Virus record (IMG/VR): IMGVR_UViG_3300029362_000002 | Origin: a virus | Strand: one strand, 5' to 3' | DNA length: 64,000 bases | Shown here: positions 47,105 to 55,415 of the stretch, one piece after another | Layout of the letters: every line of letters begins with the position of its first letter | Numbering within the stretch: the stretch's first letter is position 1 | Notes under the pieces: generated by a model | Database searches by the model: none | What the model was told of the DNA's origin: nothing | The model's input: only the letters and a program-made list of their open reading frames with translations | Translations under genes and position numbers: made by a program

Positions 47105-47368
47105 CCAGTAATTCCAATGTTCGTAAAATCGAGTTTTCCACATTATCCACACTCAGTTGAGGATAAGATACAAATGCGCAAAGCCTTATAAATAAAGGAA
47201 AATCTTCATATTATAATAAAAAACGTGTGACATTGTCCCATCAATGTCACGAAACCGTCACGTCACTATTACTCTATATCTATTTCTGTATCTAAATCTT
47301 TTTCTATCTTTTTCTTTTATTCTCACTATTAGTTATTGAATGTTGCAGTTGCGAAAATAATTTGCATA

Positions 47369-47430
47369 AATAGAGCAAAACTATTGACAAATACGCAAGT
47401 GCGAGTTATAATATATACATAATCAAACAA
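47369..47430 (+). repeat. 62-bp exact direct repeat, copy 1 (contains promoter P1)
   Basis: Identical to 53384-53445. Confidence 0.95.
47384..47412 (+). promoter_or_regulatory. Consensus promoter P1 with operator-like motifs
   Basis: TTGACA, 17 nt, TATAAT. GCAAGTGCGA in the spacer (47395-47404), GCAGTTGCGA exactly 50 bp upstream (47345-47354), and TCGCAAATGCGA palindrome at 47477-47488. Confidence 0.75.
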
Positions 47431-47521
47431 AACACAAGAACCAAACAGGTGGGTGTTATTTTTTTACCCAAATGGTTCGCAAATGCGAGATTGATTAAAT
47501 AATCTGAAAGGAGAACACCAG

Positions 47522-47677
47522 TTGGCAAAAAGAAAGAAACCGGAAGACAAAGAAAAAGAACTGCTTGAGAAACGACTTCTTAAAATCCAGTTTTACGAGA
47601 GCCTGACCAGCATCGTAGTTGCCATAGTAACAATGCTCTTAGCAGTTGTTACGGCGATCTTAAATTGGATTAAGTAA
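47522..47677 (+). CDS. 51-aa tail-anchored membrane peptide (tentative)
   Basis: TTG 8 nt after GGAG. MAKRKKPEDKEKELLEKRLLKIQFYESLTSIVVAIVTMLLAVVTAILNWIK. Confidence 0.4.
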   Translation: MAKRKKPEDKEKELLEKRLLKIQFYESLTSIVVAIVTMLLAVVTAILNWIK

Positions 47678-47760
47678 ATCGAACCAAACAGTTCCTTGGT
47701 AGCAGGGGAGCGGTAACTCCCCTTGGCTATCAAGTCTACCATATAGGAGGACAGAAAGCA

Positions 47761-47925
47761 ATGAAAAAGCTGAGAAGATTTTTGACAGTGTTGCTGTTTA
47801 TCAATTTTTCATGGGGAATGGCAACCGGGATGGAGCCGTTAAACTTCTGGTTGGTAATGGCAAATGGTACAGCAGTGATCGGCCTGGCAGTAGATGAGAT
47901 GGAGGAAAGAAGATGGAAACACTGA
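47761..47925 (+). CDS. 54-aa membrane peptide (tentative)
   Basis: ATG follows TAGGAGG. MKKLRRFLTVLLFINFSWG... with a second hydrophobic segment. Confidence 0.4.
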   Translation: MKKLRRFLTVLLFINFSWGMATGMEPLNFWLVMANGTAVIGLAVDEMEERRWKH

Positions 47926-48074
47926 TGAAGAAAGCAAAAGATATGATCGAGAAATTGGATTTTAATGGCTGCATAGAATTGTTCAATCAGCTTCCAAGTG
48001 GTCATCCGATGATCGACCTGGTATTTGACAGAATGGAAAGCCTTGATCCAGAAAGATTTGAAGAGTGGCTGTGA
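47913..48074 (+). CDS. 53-aa hypothetical protein (tentative)
   Basis: ATG 7 nt after GGAGG. METLMKKAKDMIEKLDFNGCIELFNQL... Confidence 0.4.
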   Translation: METLMKKAKDMIEKLDFNGCIELFNQLPSGHPMIDLVFDRMESLDPERFEEWL

Positions 48075-48092
48075 GAGAGTGAGGGAGGAAAA

Positions 48093-48290
48093 ATGAAGTT
48101 AAATGACATTGTAATGGCATCTACGCAAGATACAAAAATCAGAGTGGTTGTAAAACTGTACGGAACGAGCTTCCGCACAGAACATTTTCCAGAATACTTC
48201 TTAGAAAGTGAAGAGATGGATGAACTGATGGACAGAGAGGTTGTGGATATCAGAGTAGTTGATAATCTTTTGGAAGCCACATTGAGATAG
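48093..48290 (+). CDS. Hypothetical small acidic protein
   Basis: 65-aa ORF after GGGAGG. Confidence 0.5.
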   Translation: MKLNDIVMASTQDTKIRVVVKLYGTSFRTEHFPEYFLESEEMDELMDREVVDIRVVDNLLEATLR

Positions 48291-48311
48291 GCAAGCAGGA
48301 GGACATAAACA

Positions 48312-48509
48312 TTGGCAGTGCGAAGAACTTACTACAGGGATCGATGGAATGAAAAGAAGGTATGGGAAGTTGTAAAACTGGTTGGTGGCTATTATCTCCG
48401 GCAGTATATCAGCGGTCAGCAGGTAGGAAGAGGGATGAAGACATCGAAGAAATTTATCAAGAGCATAGGCGTTTTTGAATTTGAAGAAGTAGGAGGAATT
48501 ACAGGATGA
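48312..48509 (+). CDS. Hypothetical protein
   Basis: 65 aa, TTG start after GGAGG. Confidence 0.45.
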   Translation: MAVRRTYYRDRWNEKKVWEVVKLVGGYYLRQYISGQQVGRGMKTSKKFIKSIGVFEFEEVGGITG

Positions 48510-48886
48510 AATGGGATGTTAAACACGACAGAGCAAAGAAAGTAATTGATCGTTTCCTGGATAACGCAGGATACTGGCAGGAGTCAGAAGACCTGGTTAC
48601 AGGCCTGACGGATGAAGAGAAGGAACTGGTAAATGCGGAAGTTGAGCTGATGATCGCATCCATCAGAAAGCGTTACAAATTGCAGGAGCGCTTGCCAGAG
48701 CAGGTAGCTGAAGCAGAAAAGCCAGCAGAGAAAGCAGTAGAGGAACCGATAGAAGAACCGGTTAAAAAGCCAAGAGCAAGAAAGCCGAAGACAGAGAATG
48801 CGACAGAAGAGAAGCCGGCAGCAAAGAGAACAAGAACCAAGAAAGCGGAAAAGGAGAAAGCTAAAGACCATGGGGAAAATGATTAA
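48506..48886 (+). CDS. Hypothetical protein with Lys/Glu/Pro-rich tail
   Basis: 126 aa, ATGA-coupled. Confidence 0.5.
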   Translation: MKWDVKHDRAKKVIDRFLDNAGYWQESEDLVTGLTDEEKELVNAEVELMIASIRKRYKLQERLPEQVAEAEKPAEKAVEEPIEEPVKKPRARKPKTENATEEKPAAKRTRTKKAEKEKAKDHGEND

Positions 48887-49175
48887 TTGGAGCATGAAGG
48901 ACACTAATGGTTGCGTACAGAGAGGGCAGATGTTCCTCTCTCAGCTTCCGAAAATTCTTCTGAGTTTTGAGAATAGCGCAGCGGAAACACTGAGAAGAAC
49001 CGGAGCCGACCACGTACTTTATGCGGTTAAAATTTACAATACAGCAGACGAATTGACAGCAGTGCAGTTCTATATGAATCCGATGTCAGATGAGGAATTT
49101 TCCAAAGTGGCCGGAAAAGGACGAGGAACTATGATATATGCGTTGCATAGCAGAAAGGTAAAGGTGGCGGGATGA
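48870..49175 (+). CDS. Hypothetical protein
   Basis: Internal ATG of track ORF 48798..49175. Start uncertain. Confidence 0.45.
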   Translation: MGKMINWSMKDTNGCVQRGQMFLSQLPKILLSFENSAAETLRRTGADHVLYAVKIYNTADELTAVQFYMNPMSDEEFSKVAGKGRGTMIYALHSRKVKVAG

Positions 49176-49438
49176 AAAAGAAAATCGAAGAGCTGTTTCG
49201 ACTGGCAATGAAAGCCCAGGAGAAAACAAGCGCATACGTGTCATTCGAGACATCAAATCACGGATGGGGATGTGTGGTAATGATTATGGATGATGGCTTC
49301 GAGGTAAAACATGGGTATGATGGTTGGTACGAAATGGATATGTTTTATTCGGATGAAAGATCAGAGGAACAGTATCAGAAAGCAAAAGAACATTTAATCA
49401 GATTACTCAGAAAAAAGAGAAAGGTGGCAACAGCATGA
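49172..49438 (+). CDS. Hypothetical protein
   Basis: 88 aa, ATGA-coupled. Confidence 0.5.
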   Translation: MKKKIEELFRLAMKAQEKTSAYVSFETSNHGWGCVVMIMDDGFEVKHGYDGWYEMDMFYSDERSEEQYQKAKEHLIRLLRKKRKVATA

Positions 49439-49827
49439 ATACGGTAGCAAAGCTGACACAGAAGCAGATTGAAAAACTTGCAGTGGAGATCCGGACGTTT
49501 CTCCTGGAACACGATATGTGGGTGGACACTCAGATTTATTTCAACGGAAAATGCTTTGACACACACGACAAGGAGACAGGCGAGTTCTATTACAATGATC
49601 CGGAACATCTGGTTGTGAGAGAAAACGAGGACCCAAGAAGATATTTTGAGAATGTGGCAGAAGACCATATCCTCAGTATGGCTTTTGAAGGCAGTGTGTG
49701 CCATATGCTTTGGTATGGGACCAATCCTGGAATCAAGAAAAAATTTGATAGAATTTTTGAAAAAAGAGGAATTTATTACGAGTTTGGAGACCACTGGAAC
49801 TTCACCTGTTATTACATAGGAGAGTGA
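49435..49827 (+). CDS. Hypothetical protein
   Basis: 130 aa, ATGA-coupled. Confidence 0.5.
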   Translation: MNTVAKLTQKQIEKLAVEIRTFLLEHDMWVDTQIYFNGKCFDTHDKETGEFYYNDPEHLVVRENEDPRRYFENVAEDHILSMAFEGSVCHMLWYGTNPGIKKKFDRIFEKRGIYYEFGDHWNFTCYYIGE

Positions 49828-49834
49828 GCAAAAT

Positions 49835-50029
49835 ATGGGACACAGAAAAATGTCAGCCTACGGAGAAAGAGAACACAATGGCAGATATGTATTGGATGAT
49901 TATGAATTTTCACGGAATCATACCAAGGCAGAGACAATCAGAAGATGGAGAAGAGACTTAAAAAAGAAAGCAAGATCCCGCAGGAGAAAAGAAATCTACA
50001 AAGCGATGCAGAATTGCAGAGAGGAGTAA
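49835..50029 (+). CDS. Small basic hypothetical protein
   Basis: 64 aa, Arg/Lys-rich. Confidence 0.45.
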   Translation: MGHRKMSAYGEREHNGRYVLDDYEFSRNHTKAETIRRWRRDLKKKARSRRRKEIYKAMQNCREE

Positions 50030-50030
50030 A

Positions 50031-50483
50031 ATGGCATATTTGAATATTCAGAAGGCAGAGTTTAACAGAGCAACGGAGAATTTAATCGAGATCGCTTGGA
50101 AGTACGAAAGCCTGAAGGTAGAGTATGATTTCTTAACAAATACAGATAGCATGAGCTGGAAGCATCTTTTCGTTGCATGGGCGAATGAGTTCGAGGAATT
50201 GCACGGCTCAAAGAATTGGAATGAAATCGACGAGGACTATTACGAAACCATTGAAAGATTCGCAGAAGAAAAGATCATGGGTTGGGCTGGAAAGAAAAAG
50301 AGAATAGTAGTAGGCCGACACATGGAAGGAATCACGCTGAATCCGCTGGAATGGCTGTTGAGCAATGATGGAGCGGAAATAATGACATTTAATAGCGTTG
50401 ACGAGGCAAAAGGTTTTCTCAAAGGAAAAGGATACCAGGAAGAGGACATGGAGTTTCTTCGATTTGTAGAGGAGTGGATGTGA
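50031..50483 (+). CDS. Hypothetical acidic protein
   Basis: 150-aa ORF. Confidence 0.5.
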   Translation: MAYLNIQKAEFNRATENLIEIAWKYESLKVEYDFLTNTDSMSWKHLFVAWANEFEELHGSKNWNEIDEDYYETIERFAEEKIMGWAGKKKRIVVGRHMEGITLNPLEWLLSNDGAEIMTFNSVDEAKGFLKGKGYQEEDMEFLRFVEEWM

Positions 50484-50484
50484 C

Positions 50485-50721
50485 ATGGTTGGATTACTGA
50501 ACGATAGATGTATCCGGGTTTATTCAGAAATGAATGAGTGGATGGACTGTATTTTTATTGTAAGTGCAGAAGATGCGGAAAGGGCTGAAAAGGTTCTGCA
50601 GGAAGCATGGGACAGCTACTGGGAAGATGGAGATGGCTGGTGCTACGGAAATTATCTGTCGGACAAGATGATTAAAGCCGGTATTTCATTTGACGTATAT
50701 TATGCGGATTCGGAGGAATAA
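50485..50721 (+). CDS. Hypothetical acidic protein
   Basis: 78-aa ORF, Trp/Asp/Glu-rich. Confidence 0.5.
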   Translation: MVGLLNDRCIRVYSEMNEWMDCIFIVSAEDAERAEKVLQEAWDSYWEDGDGWCYGNYLSDKMIKAGISFDVYYADSEE

Positions 50722-50725
50722 AGGT

Positions 50726-51112
50726 ATGCAGAGTAAGAAAGTGCTTCTGATCGGAAGTTACTCACCGGAAAATGAAGGCAAGCCAGAGATAATCGACCGA
50801 GATTATTACCGGCAAGGATGGATTTTCAAGGATGAAGATGCTTTTCAGAACAGGCCAGACGATGTTTGCTATATTCCGGAATTGTCGGACGAAAAGTATA
50901 CGAGGAACGACATACTGAAAATACTTGCCGGAGACGAAGAACTGGCGAAGACAATGTTCGAGGAACTGGATTGGCAGCATCCAGAAAGTCTGTTGGAAGA
51001 CTGGAAAGCAAATGGCGAAATTGCTTGGTGCCCGCATTGTGTAGGATATGTTCAGACCTATGGTGAGGAGATTGAAAAGTGCCCGGTATGTGGCACAGAA
51101 TTGGAGGATTGA
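50726..51112 (+). CDS. Hypothetical protein with C-terminal zinc ribbon
   Basis: ATG at 50726 follows GGAGG. Contains CPHC...CPVC. Confidence 0.5.
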   Translation: MQSKKVLLIGSYSPENEGKPEIIDRDYYRQGWIFKDEDAFQNRPDDVCYIPELSDEKYTRNDILKILAGDEELAKTMFEELDWQHPESLLEDWKANGEIAWCPHCVGYVQTYGEEIEKCPVCGTELED

Positions 51113-51113
51113 G

Positions 51114-51518
51114 ATGGAAGAAAAGAAAATTGTTGAGACGTTGTTTGTGAGAAGATCCGTCAACGTGTCGGAACAGGATATAGACGATATTCTTTGCACT
51201 GCATTTGAAGGAGGAATCACTTATTGGTGCGACAGCGTAAGAGTCGTTGGAAATTACCTTGGAAAATATGCAAGCGATCAAATCAGCAGAGGCGGAAAAC
51301 TGAAATTTCATGTGGAAGAACCGTTCGACAATGAAGAAACAGAATGGTACGAAATGGATCAGGAAAAGTTTCTGCACGGATTACAGGAGTGGCTGAACTG
51401 TTCAAGAAACAGCAGCTCTTGTTTATACGAGAACAAGATTGACTGCAGTCAGATTGACGCACCGATGGCGGACGAAATCATCCAGTACACTTTGTTTGAT
51501 GAAATTATCTTTGACTAA
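51114..51518 (+). CDS. Hypothetical protein
   Basis: ATG at 51114. Contains a CTAFEGGITYWCD motif. Confidence 0.5.
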   Translation: MEEKKIVETLFVRRSVNVSEQDIDDILCTAFEGGITYWCDSVRVVGNYLGKYASDQISRGGKLKFHVEEPFDNEETEWYEMDQEKFLHGLQEWLNCSRNSSSCLYENKIDCSQIDAPMADEIIQYTLFDEIIFD

Positions 51519-51532
51519 AGAAAGGAGAAAAA

Positions 51533-51883
51533 ATGAGCAAAGGAATTGTTACACAGCATGAAACGATCTGTTTCATTTGTGGCCGGCGGGCAGAAGCAGA
51601 ACATCACTTGATTTTCGGAACAGCAGGAAGAGAACTGTCAGAGAAAGACGGATTGAAAGTTCCGGTATGTAACAACTGTCATAATATGGGCCAGAAGCTG
51701 TGCCGGATTCACGAAAATCCTATGGCAGAGAGAATGTCAAAGATGATCGGGCAGCTGGCCTGGGAAAGAGAGTGGCTGTTAAAAAATACGGTAACTATCA
51801 ACAGCAAGGGACAGATGGCGAAGGTAGAAGGAAATGTAGTCAGATCACAATTCATGAAAAGATATGGCAGATCATATTTGTAG
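51533..51883 (+). CDS. HNH-like zinc-binding nuclease-fold protein
   Basis: CFICGRRAEAEHHLIFG...VPVCNNCHN has CxxC..HH..CxxCH spacing, as in HNH motifs. Confidence 0.45.
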   Translation: MSKGIVTQHETICFICGRRAEAEHHLIFGTAGRELSEKDGLKVPVCNNCHNMGQKLCRIHENPMAERMSKMIGQLAWEREWLLKNTVTINSKGQMAKVEGNVVRSQFMKRYGRSYL

Positions 51884-51944
51884 GAGGCGAGAGTATGGGA
51901 GCTATACTAATGTTACTGTTTTTGTTATACGTTGGGTACAGAAA

Positions 51945-52487
51945 GTGAGGAAAAGAACTGTGAACAATCAGGAAATTTTGGAAGCATTAAAAAAATCAGT
52001 AGCAATGCCGCCGGTCCTTTGCATGAACGAAAGAAGTGTGATATTCGTTGATTATGCGGATGGACATGGCGAGGCAAAAACCCAGGTAAATAATTGGTTC
52101 CGTTGTCCTTGCTGCAGCAGCATTGTGGGAGAGAGAAGAATTGTGGCTAAAAGAGCAGTCGATCAGAGGAAGAAGCCCTACTGTGAGAAATGTGGCCAGA
52201 AGATAAAATGGACTGTAGGAGATGAAGAACAGAGCAGACTTATTACTGTAAATACTCCAGACACAGAGTACACAGTGCTGGCAAAGCGGATTGACGATGG
52301 AAGATATGTACAGCTTGGAGGAGTATTCGGAAACGAGCTGCTTTGTAGAAAACGCTTCGAGGAGAAGGTGAGAAACCAGGAAATTTTTTACGGAATTGAT
52401 TTAAGCACCGCAGTATTTGCAAAGAGAGAGACAGTGACACTGACAGAAGAATGGGAGGCAATGGGAAATGTTGATCTGGAGATGTAA
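51945..52487 (+). CDS. Zinc-ribbon hypothetical protein
   Basis: CPCC...CEKC. Start uncertain (GTG 51945, GTG 51960 or ATG 51864). Confidence 0.45.
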   Translation: MRKRTVNNQEILEALKKSVAMPPVLCMNERSVIFVDYADGHGEAKTQVNNWFRCPCCSSIVGERRIVAKRAVDQRKKPYCEKCGQKIKWTVGDEEQSRLITVNTPDTEYTVLAKRIDDGRYVQLGGVFGNELLCRKRFEEKVRNQEIFYGIDLSTAVFAKRETVTLTEEWEAMGNVDLEM

Positions 52488-52797
52488 GAAGTGTGGGTGG
52501 ATAGGAAGGGACTCCGACCTGGGCCTGCATTATGGAAATGATGAGGAATATTGTCCTCGGTGCAAGGAAGTAGATAGCATTGCAACAGTTGATTTTTCTG
52601 ACCGCTTCAACAGCCAGGAAGTTGAAAAGCTGTGGCAGTTTTTTGGAGAAATCCCCATTGATGATGAAGATGCTATTTTGGAAGAGTTCCTGGGATTTTC
52701 GGAAGGAACGGACAGAATAGAAATCTGGCACTGGTTTGATGAGAATTATCCGGAAGGAGTGACCGAACTGGTAAACGGAGGAAGACATGGTAATTGA
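52468..52797 (+). CDS. Zinc-ribbon acidic hypothetical protein
   Basis: CKKC...CPRC at the N-terminus with an acidic remainder. Confidence 0.5.
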   Translation: MLIWRCKKCGWIGRDSDLGLHYGNDEEYCPRCKEVDSIATVDFSDRFNSQEVEKLWQFFGEIPIDDEDAILEEFLGFSEGTDRIEIWHWFDENYPEGVTELVNGGRHGN

Positions 52798-53131
52798 GAG
52801 AACTATATTAAGCAAAGTGGCAGAACTTAATGGGATTTCTATCTGTGATGAGAGAACAGTGAAAATCGAGTTGACAGAGGCAGAAATCGAAGAAGCGTAC
52901 CGGATCAGGGAAAGAGAATATCTGGAAGAGGATATAAAGAATGCTGTTGAAGAGTTCTGCGATTATTGGGGGATTCCTAAAGGTATTGCCGGAGGCTTAA
53001 ATGACAATCCGGATATCATCTGCAAGATTGCGAGCTTGTACGAAAAGAATCAGGACACAAATGTAGCATCTGCTGATACGATGAAAGAGGCGGTAAAACA
53101 GGTTTTGAAAAAGGAAGGAGTTTGGAAATGA
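52787..53131 (+). CDS. Hypothetical acidic protein
   Basis: 114-aa ORF. Confidence 0.5.
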   Translation: MVIERTILSKVAELNGISICDERTVKIELTEAEIEEAYRIREREYLEEDIKNAVEEFCDYWGIPKGIAGGLNDNPDIICKIASLYEKNQDTNVASADTMKEAVKQVLKKEGVWK

Positions 53132-53385
53132 GCAGGGTAGTTTATCCGGCAAGGGAAACCGTAACGGAGATCAGAGGCGAAGATGCGGCAGAGATCATCA
53201 ATAAAATGATGGAGAAGGAAGGAATGACGCAGATCCAGCTGGCTCAGAAAATGGGAATCACCAGACAGAGAGTGAGCAGATTGATTTCTGGGAATATGAG
53301 ATATGAGAATTTCGTGAGGATTATCAATGCTGCTGGGTATGATGTGAAAATTGAAAAACGCAAGTGCGAGAAAAACTCGAAATAA
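53122..53385 (+). CDS. XRE-family HTH regulator, last gene of operon 1
   Basis: MTQIQLAQKMGITRQRVSRLISGN. Its 3' coding end contains an operator-like GCAAGTGCGA (53360-53369). Confidence 0.65.
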   Translation: MEMSRVVYPARETVTEIRGEDAAEIINKMMEKEGMTQIQLAQKMGITRQRVSRLISGNMRYENFVRIINAAGYDVKIEKRKCEKNSK

Positions 53386-53445
53386 TAGAGCAAAACTATT
53401 GACAAATACGCAAGTGCGAGTTATAATATATACATAATCAAACAA
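53384..53445 (+). repeat. 62-bp exact direct repeat, copy 2 (contains promoter P2)
   Basis: Identical to 47369-47430. Confidence 0.95.
53399..53427 (+). promoter_or_regulatory. Consensus promoter P2 with operator-like motifs
   Basis: TTGACA, 17 nt, TATAAT. GCAAGTGCGA in the spacer (53410-53419) and again exactly 50 bp upstream (53360-53369). TCGCAAATACGA at 53675-53686 and TCGCACTTGCA at 53694-53704. Confidence 0.75.
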
Positions 53446-53473
53446 TAAATAAAACATTTGGGAGGTATATATT

Positions 53474-53656
53474 ATGGCAACATTAGAAAATGATATCAAG
53501 GTAGCAGAAGAAAGAATCAGAGAAATGGAGAAAAGAAGAAGCTATTTTGCTGAAAAATATGCAGAAACAGGAGAATCATTTTACAAGAAGATGGCAGAGA
53601 GCGAAACAGATATGATAGCAGAAGTAAGACAGGCAATTATAGAGGCATTGGTGTAA
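53474..53656 (+). CDS. Small coiled-coil hypothetical protein
   Basis: 60-aa ORF after GGGAGG. Confidence 0.45.
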   Translation: MATLENDIKVAEERIREMEKRRSYFAEKYAETGESFYKKMAESETDMIAEVRQAIIEALV

Positions 53657-53717
53657 TTTTTTTACCTACATAGCTCGCAAATACGAGACAGAATCGCACT
53701 TGCAGAAAGGAGTACGA

Positions 53718-53903
53718 ATGAGCCATCAGAGAAAGACAAAGGATCGGTGGGACATAATGACAAACTGAGGATATGGCTGGGAGTGTGAGAACAGCGAATA
53801 CACCAGTGCAGATGCAAAGAGAAGCCTCAGAGAGTACCGAGAGAATCTTGCAGGAAGAGCAGAGGTGAGAATGGAAAAGCACAGAGAGCCGATCACAGCA
53901 TAA
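53718..53903 (+). pseudogene. 61-codon ORF interrupted by an in-frame TGA (codon 17)
   Basis: ATG follows AAAGGAG. MSHQRKTKDRWDIMTN*GYGWECENSEYTSADAKRSLREYRENLAGRAEVRMEKHREPITA, with TGA at 53766-53768. Confidence 0.4.
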
Positions 53904-53921
53904 TTTTAGGAGGAATATAGC

Positions 53922-54251
53922 ATGGCATTATTAGAGGTTAAGACAAGTTACGCAACATATACAGATTGCACATTAAGAGTAGGACAGTATCAGATGGATG
54001 GCAGTATTGCAGTTGAAATCTTCAGTAGAAGAGAGGGGCCAGTTGCAAGGATTACCGTTTGTCTGTGCGATTCAGCATTAGCAGAAAATGAAGCGTATGT
54101 GGATACAAATAATTGCCCTTGGGTAGTGGATTTCTTGGAGGCGAAAGGGCTGGCAAAATCGACTGGAAGAACGAGACGTAGCGGATATTGTATTTATCCA
54201 TCAATGAAATTCAACAGAGAGAAAATGGCAGAGTTTGAGGGAGGGTACTGA
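53922..54251 (+). CDS. DUF4313-like protein
   Basis: AVEIFSRREGPVARITVCL...AYVDTNNCPWVVDFLEAKGLAKSTG...SGYCIYP matches the remembered DUF4313 pattern from Firmicutes mobile elements. Confidence 0.45.
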   Translation: MALLEVKTSYATYTDCTLRVGQYQMDGSIAVEIFSRREGPVARITVCLCDSALAENEAYVDTNNCPWVVDFLEAKGLAKSTGRTRRSGYCIYPSMKFNREKMAEFEGGY

Positions 54252-54252
54252 A

Positions 54253-55164
54253 ATGGAAAGATTATATTGCACAATCAACGAAGAACAGGCCAGAATCGCA
54301 CACGATATGATGTCTATGAGCGACTACAAGGTAGGCAGTAAGACAGAAGAATACAGAGGATATGTCGATAAAGCCTATGACTTGGCCGAGAAAGTTGCAG
54401 AAGCAAGGCCGAGGGAAACGGATAGAGTTGAAGCATTGGCAAAGAGATATTCAAAGAGAATGGCCGAGTACATGAACCGGGAGAGCAATATCGGTTGCAG
54501 ATGTCCTTCGGTTATGATTTCGGGTGCTGGCAATTTTCCAGTGAAGAAAAAAGAGAAACAAGTGCAGGCTTGGGAGAAGAACCATCAGTTTTATACTGAG
54601 ACGCAGAAAATCCTGGATAAGATCAAGGGGATTTTGAGAGGAAAGGATATCATCAAGTCCTCAGATGAGGACGCTATAGAACGTCTGGAAGAGAAGCTGG
54701 ATGCTTTAAAAGAAAACCAGGAAAGAATGAGAGCTGTCAATAAAGCCATCCGCTTGAAGAATACCAAAAAGGGAGATGAGGAGCTTAAAATCCTGGGGTA
54801 TTCCGATGAGCAGATCCAGGAACTGAGAACTCCGGATTTCATGGGAAGAGTTGGATTTCCAGCATACGCCCTGCAGAACAACAACGCAAATATCCATAGA
54901 GTAGAGGAAAGGGTGAAAAGCTTGAAAGCAGTCAAGGAAAAGGGAACAAAAGAAACGGAATTTGAGCTGTTTAAGGTTGTTGAGAATGTGGAAGCTATGA
55001 GGTTACAGATTATTTTTGATGAAAAGCCGGAGGCAGATGTTAGAGCCGTTTTGAAAAAGAACGGTTTTAAATGGGCACCATCCCAGGGGGCATGGCAGAG
55101 AATGTTGAATCCGGCCGGCAAATACGCATTGAACCGAGTGAAAGAAGAACTGGAGGCTGTATAA
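54253..55164 (+). CDS. DUF3560-like protein
   Basis: ATG at 54253 follows GGAGGG. C-terminal LKKNGFKWAPSQGAWQR resembles the F-K/R-W...W motif of DUF3560 proteins of plasmids/ICEs. Confidence 0.45.
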   Translation: MERLYCTINEEQARIAHDMMSMSDYKVGSKTEEYRGYVDKAYDLAEKVAEARPRETDRVEALAKRYSKRMAEYMNRESNIGCRCPSVMISGAGNFPVKKKEKQVQAWEKNHQFYTETQKILDKIKGILRGKDIIKSSDEDAIERLEEKLDALKENQERMRAVNKAIRLKNTKKGDEELKILGYSDEQIQELRTPDFMGRVGFPAYALQNNNANIHRVEERVKSLKAVKEKGTKETEFELFKVVENVEAMRLQIIFDEKPEADVRAVLKKNGFKWAPSQGAWQRMLNPAGKYALNRVKEELEAV

Positions 55165-55415
55165 TGCCAGAACTTCTCACAGCAGAAATAGCCAATGAAT
55201 ACAGAATATTGGCAGAAAATCTTCCGGAAAATGGTAGGCAAGATACAGGCGAGAGAAGAGAACTGCGGCAGGAACTTCAAAGGAGATGCGGACTATCGGA
55301 ACTGCAGGCAATTAACATTTTGAATGGGTTTCATGTCAAAGACTACATAGCAATAAAAGAAAGGGAGTATGCAGAGAATGAGCGAAGAAAAGCAGAAAGA
55401 GATCAAGACACTTAA
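55164..55415 (+). CDS. Hypothetical protein
   Basis: TAATG-coupled start. 83 aa. Confidence 0.45.
   Translation: MPELLTAEIANEYRILAENLPENGRQDTGERRELRQELQRRCGLSELQAINILNGFHVKDYIAIKEREYAENERRKAERDQDT

Noticed and set aside
47369-53445. 62-bp direct repeats flanking ~6 kb considered as ends of a transposon or inserted element
   Set aside because: There is no transposase or recombinase between them and no terminal inverted repeats or target duplications. The repeat is a complete promoter/operator unit, so promoter duplication is the simpler explanation.
53766-53768. Genome-wide TGA stop-codon reassignment as the explanation for the in-frame TGA
   Set aside because: Many well-supported genes here terminate at TGA, often in ATGA-coupled overlaps (for example 8459-8461, 19152-19154, 41252-41254, 55944-55946). 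TGA is therefore a normal stop in this genome. Only local readthrough, mutation or sequencing error remain as explanations.
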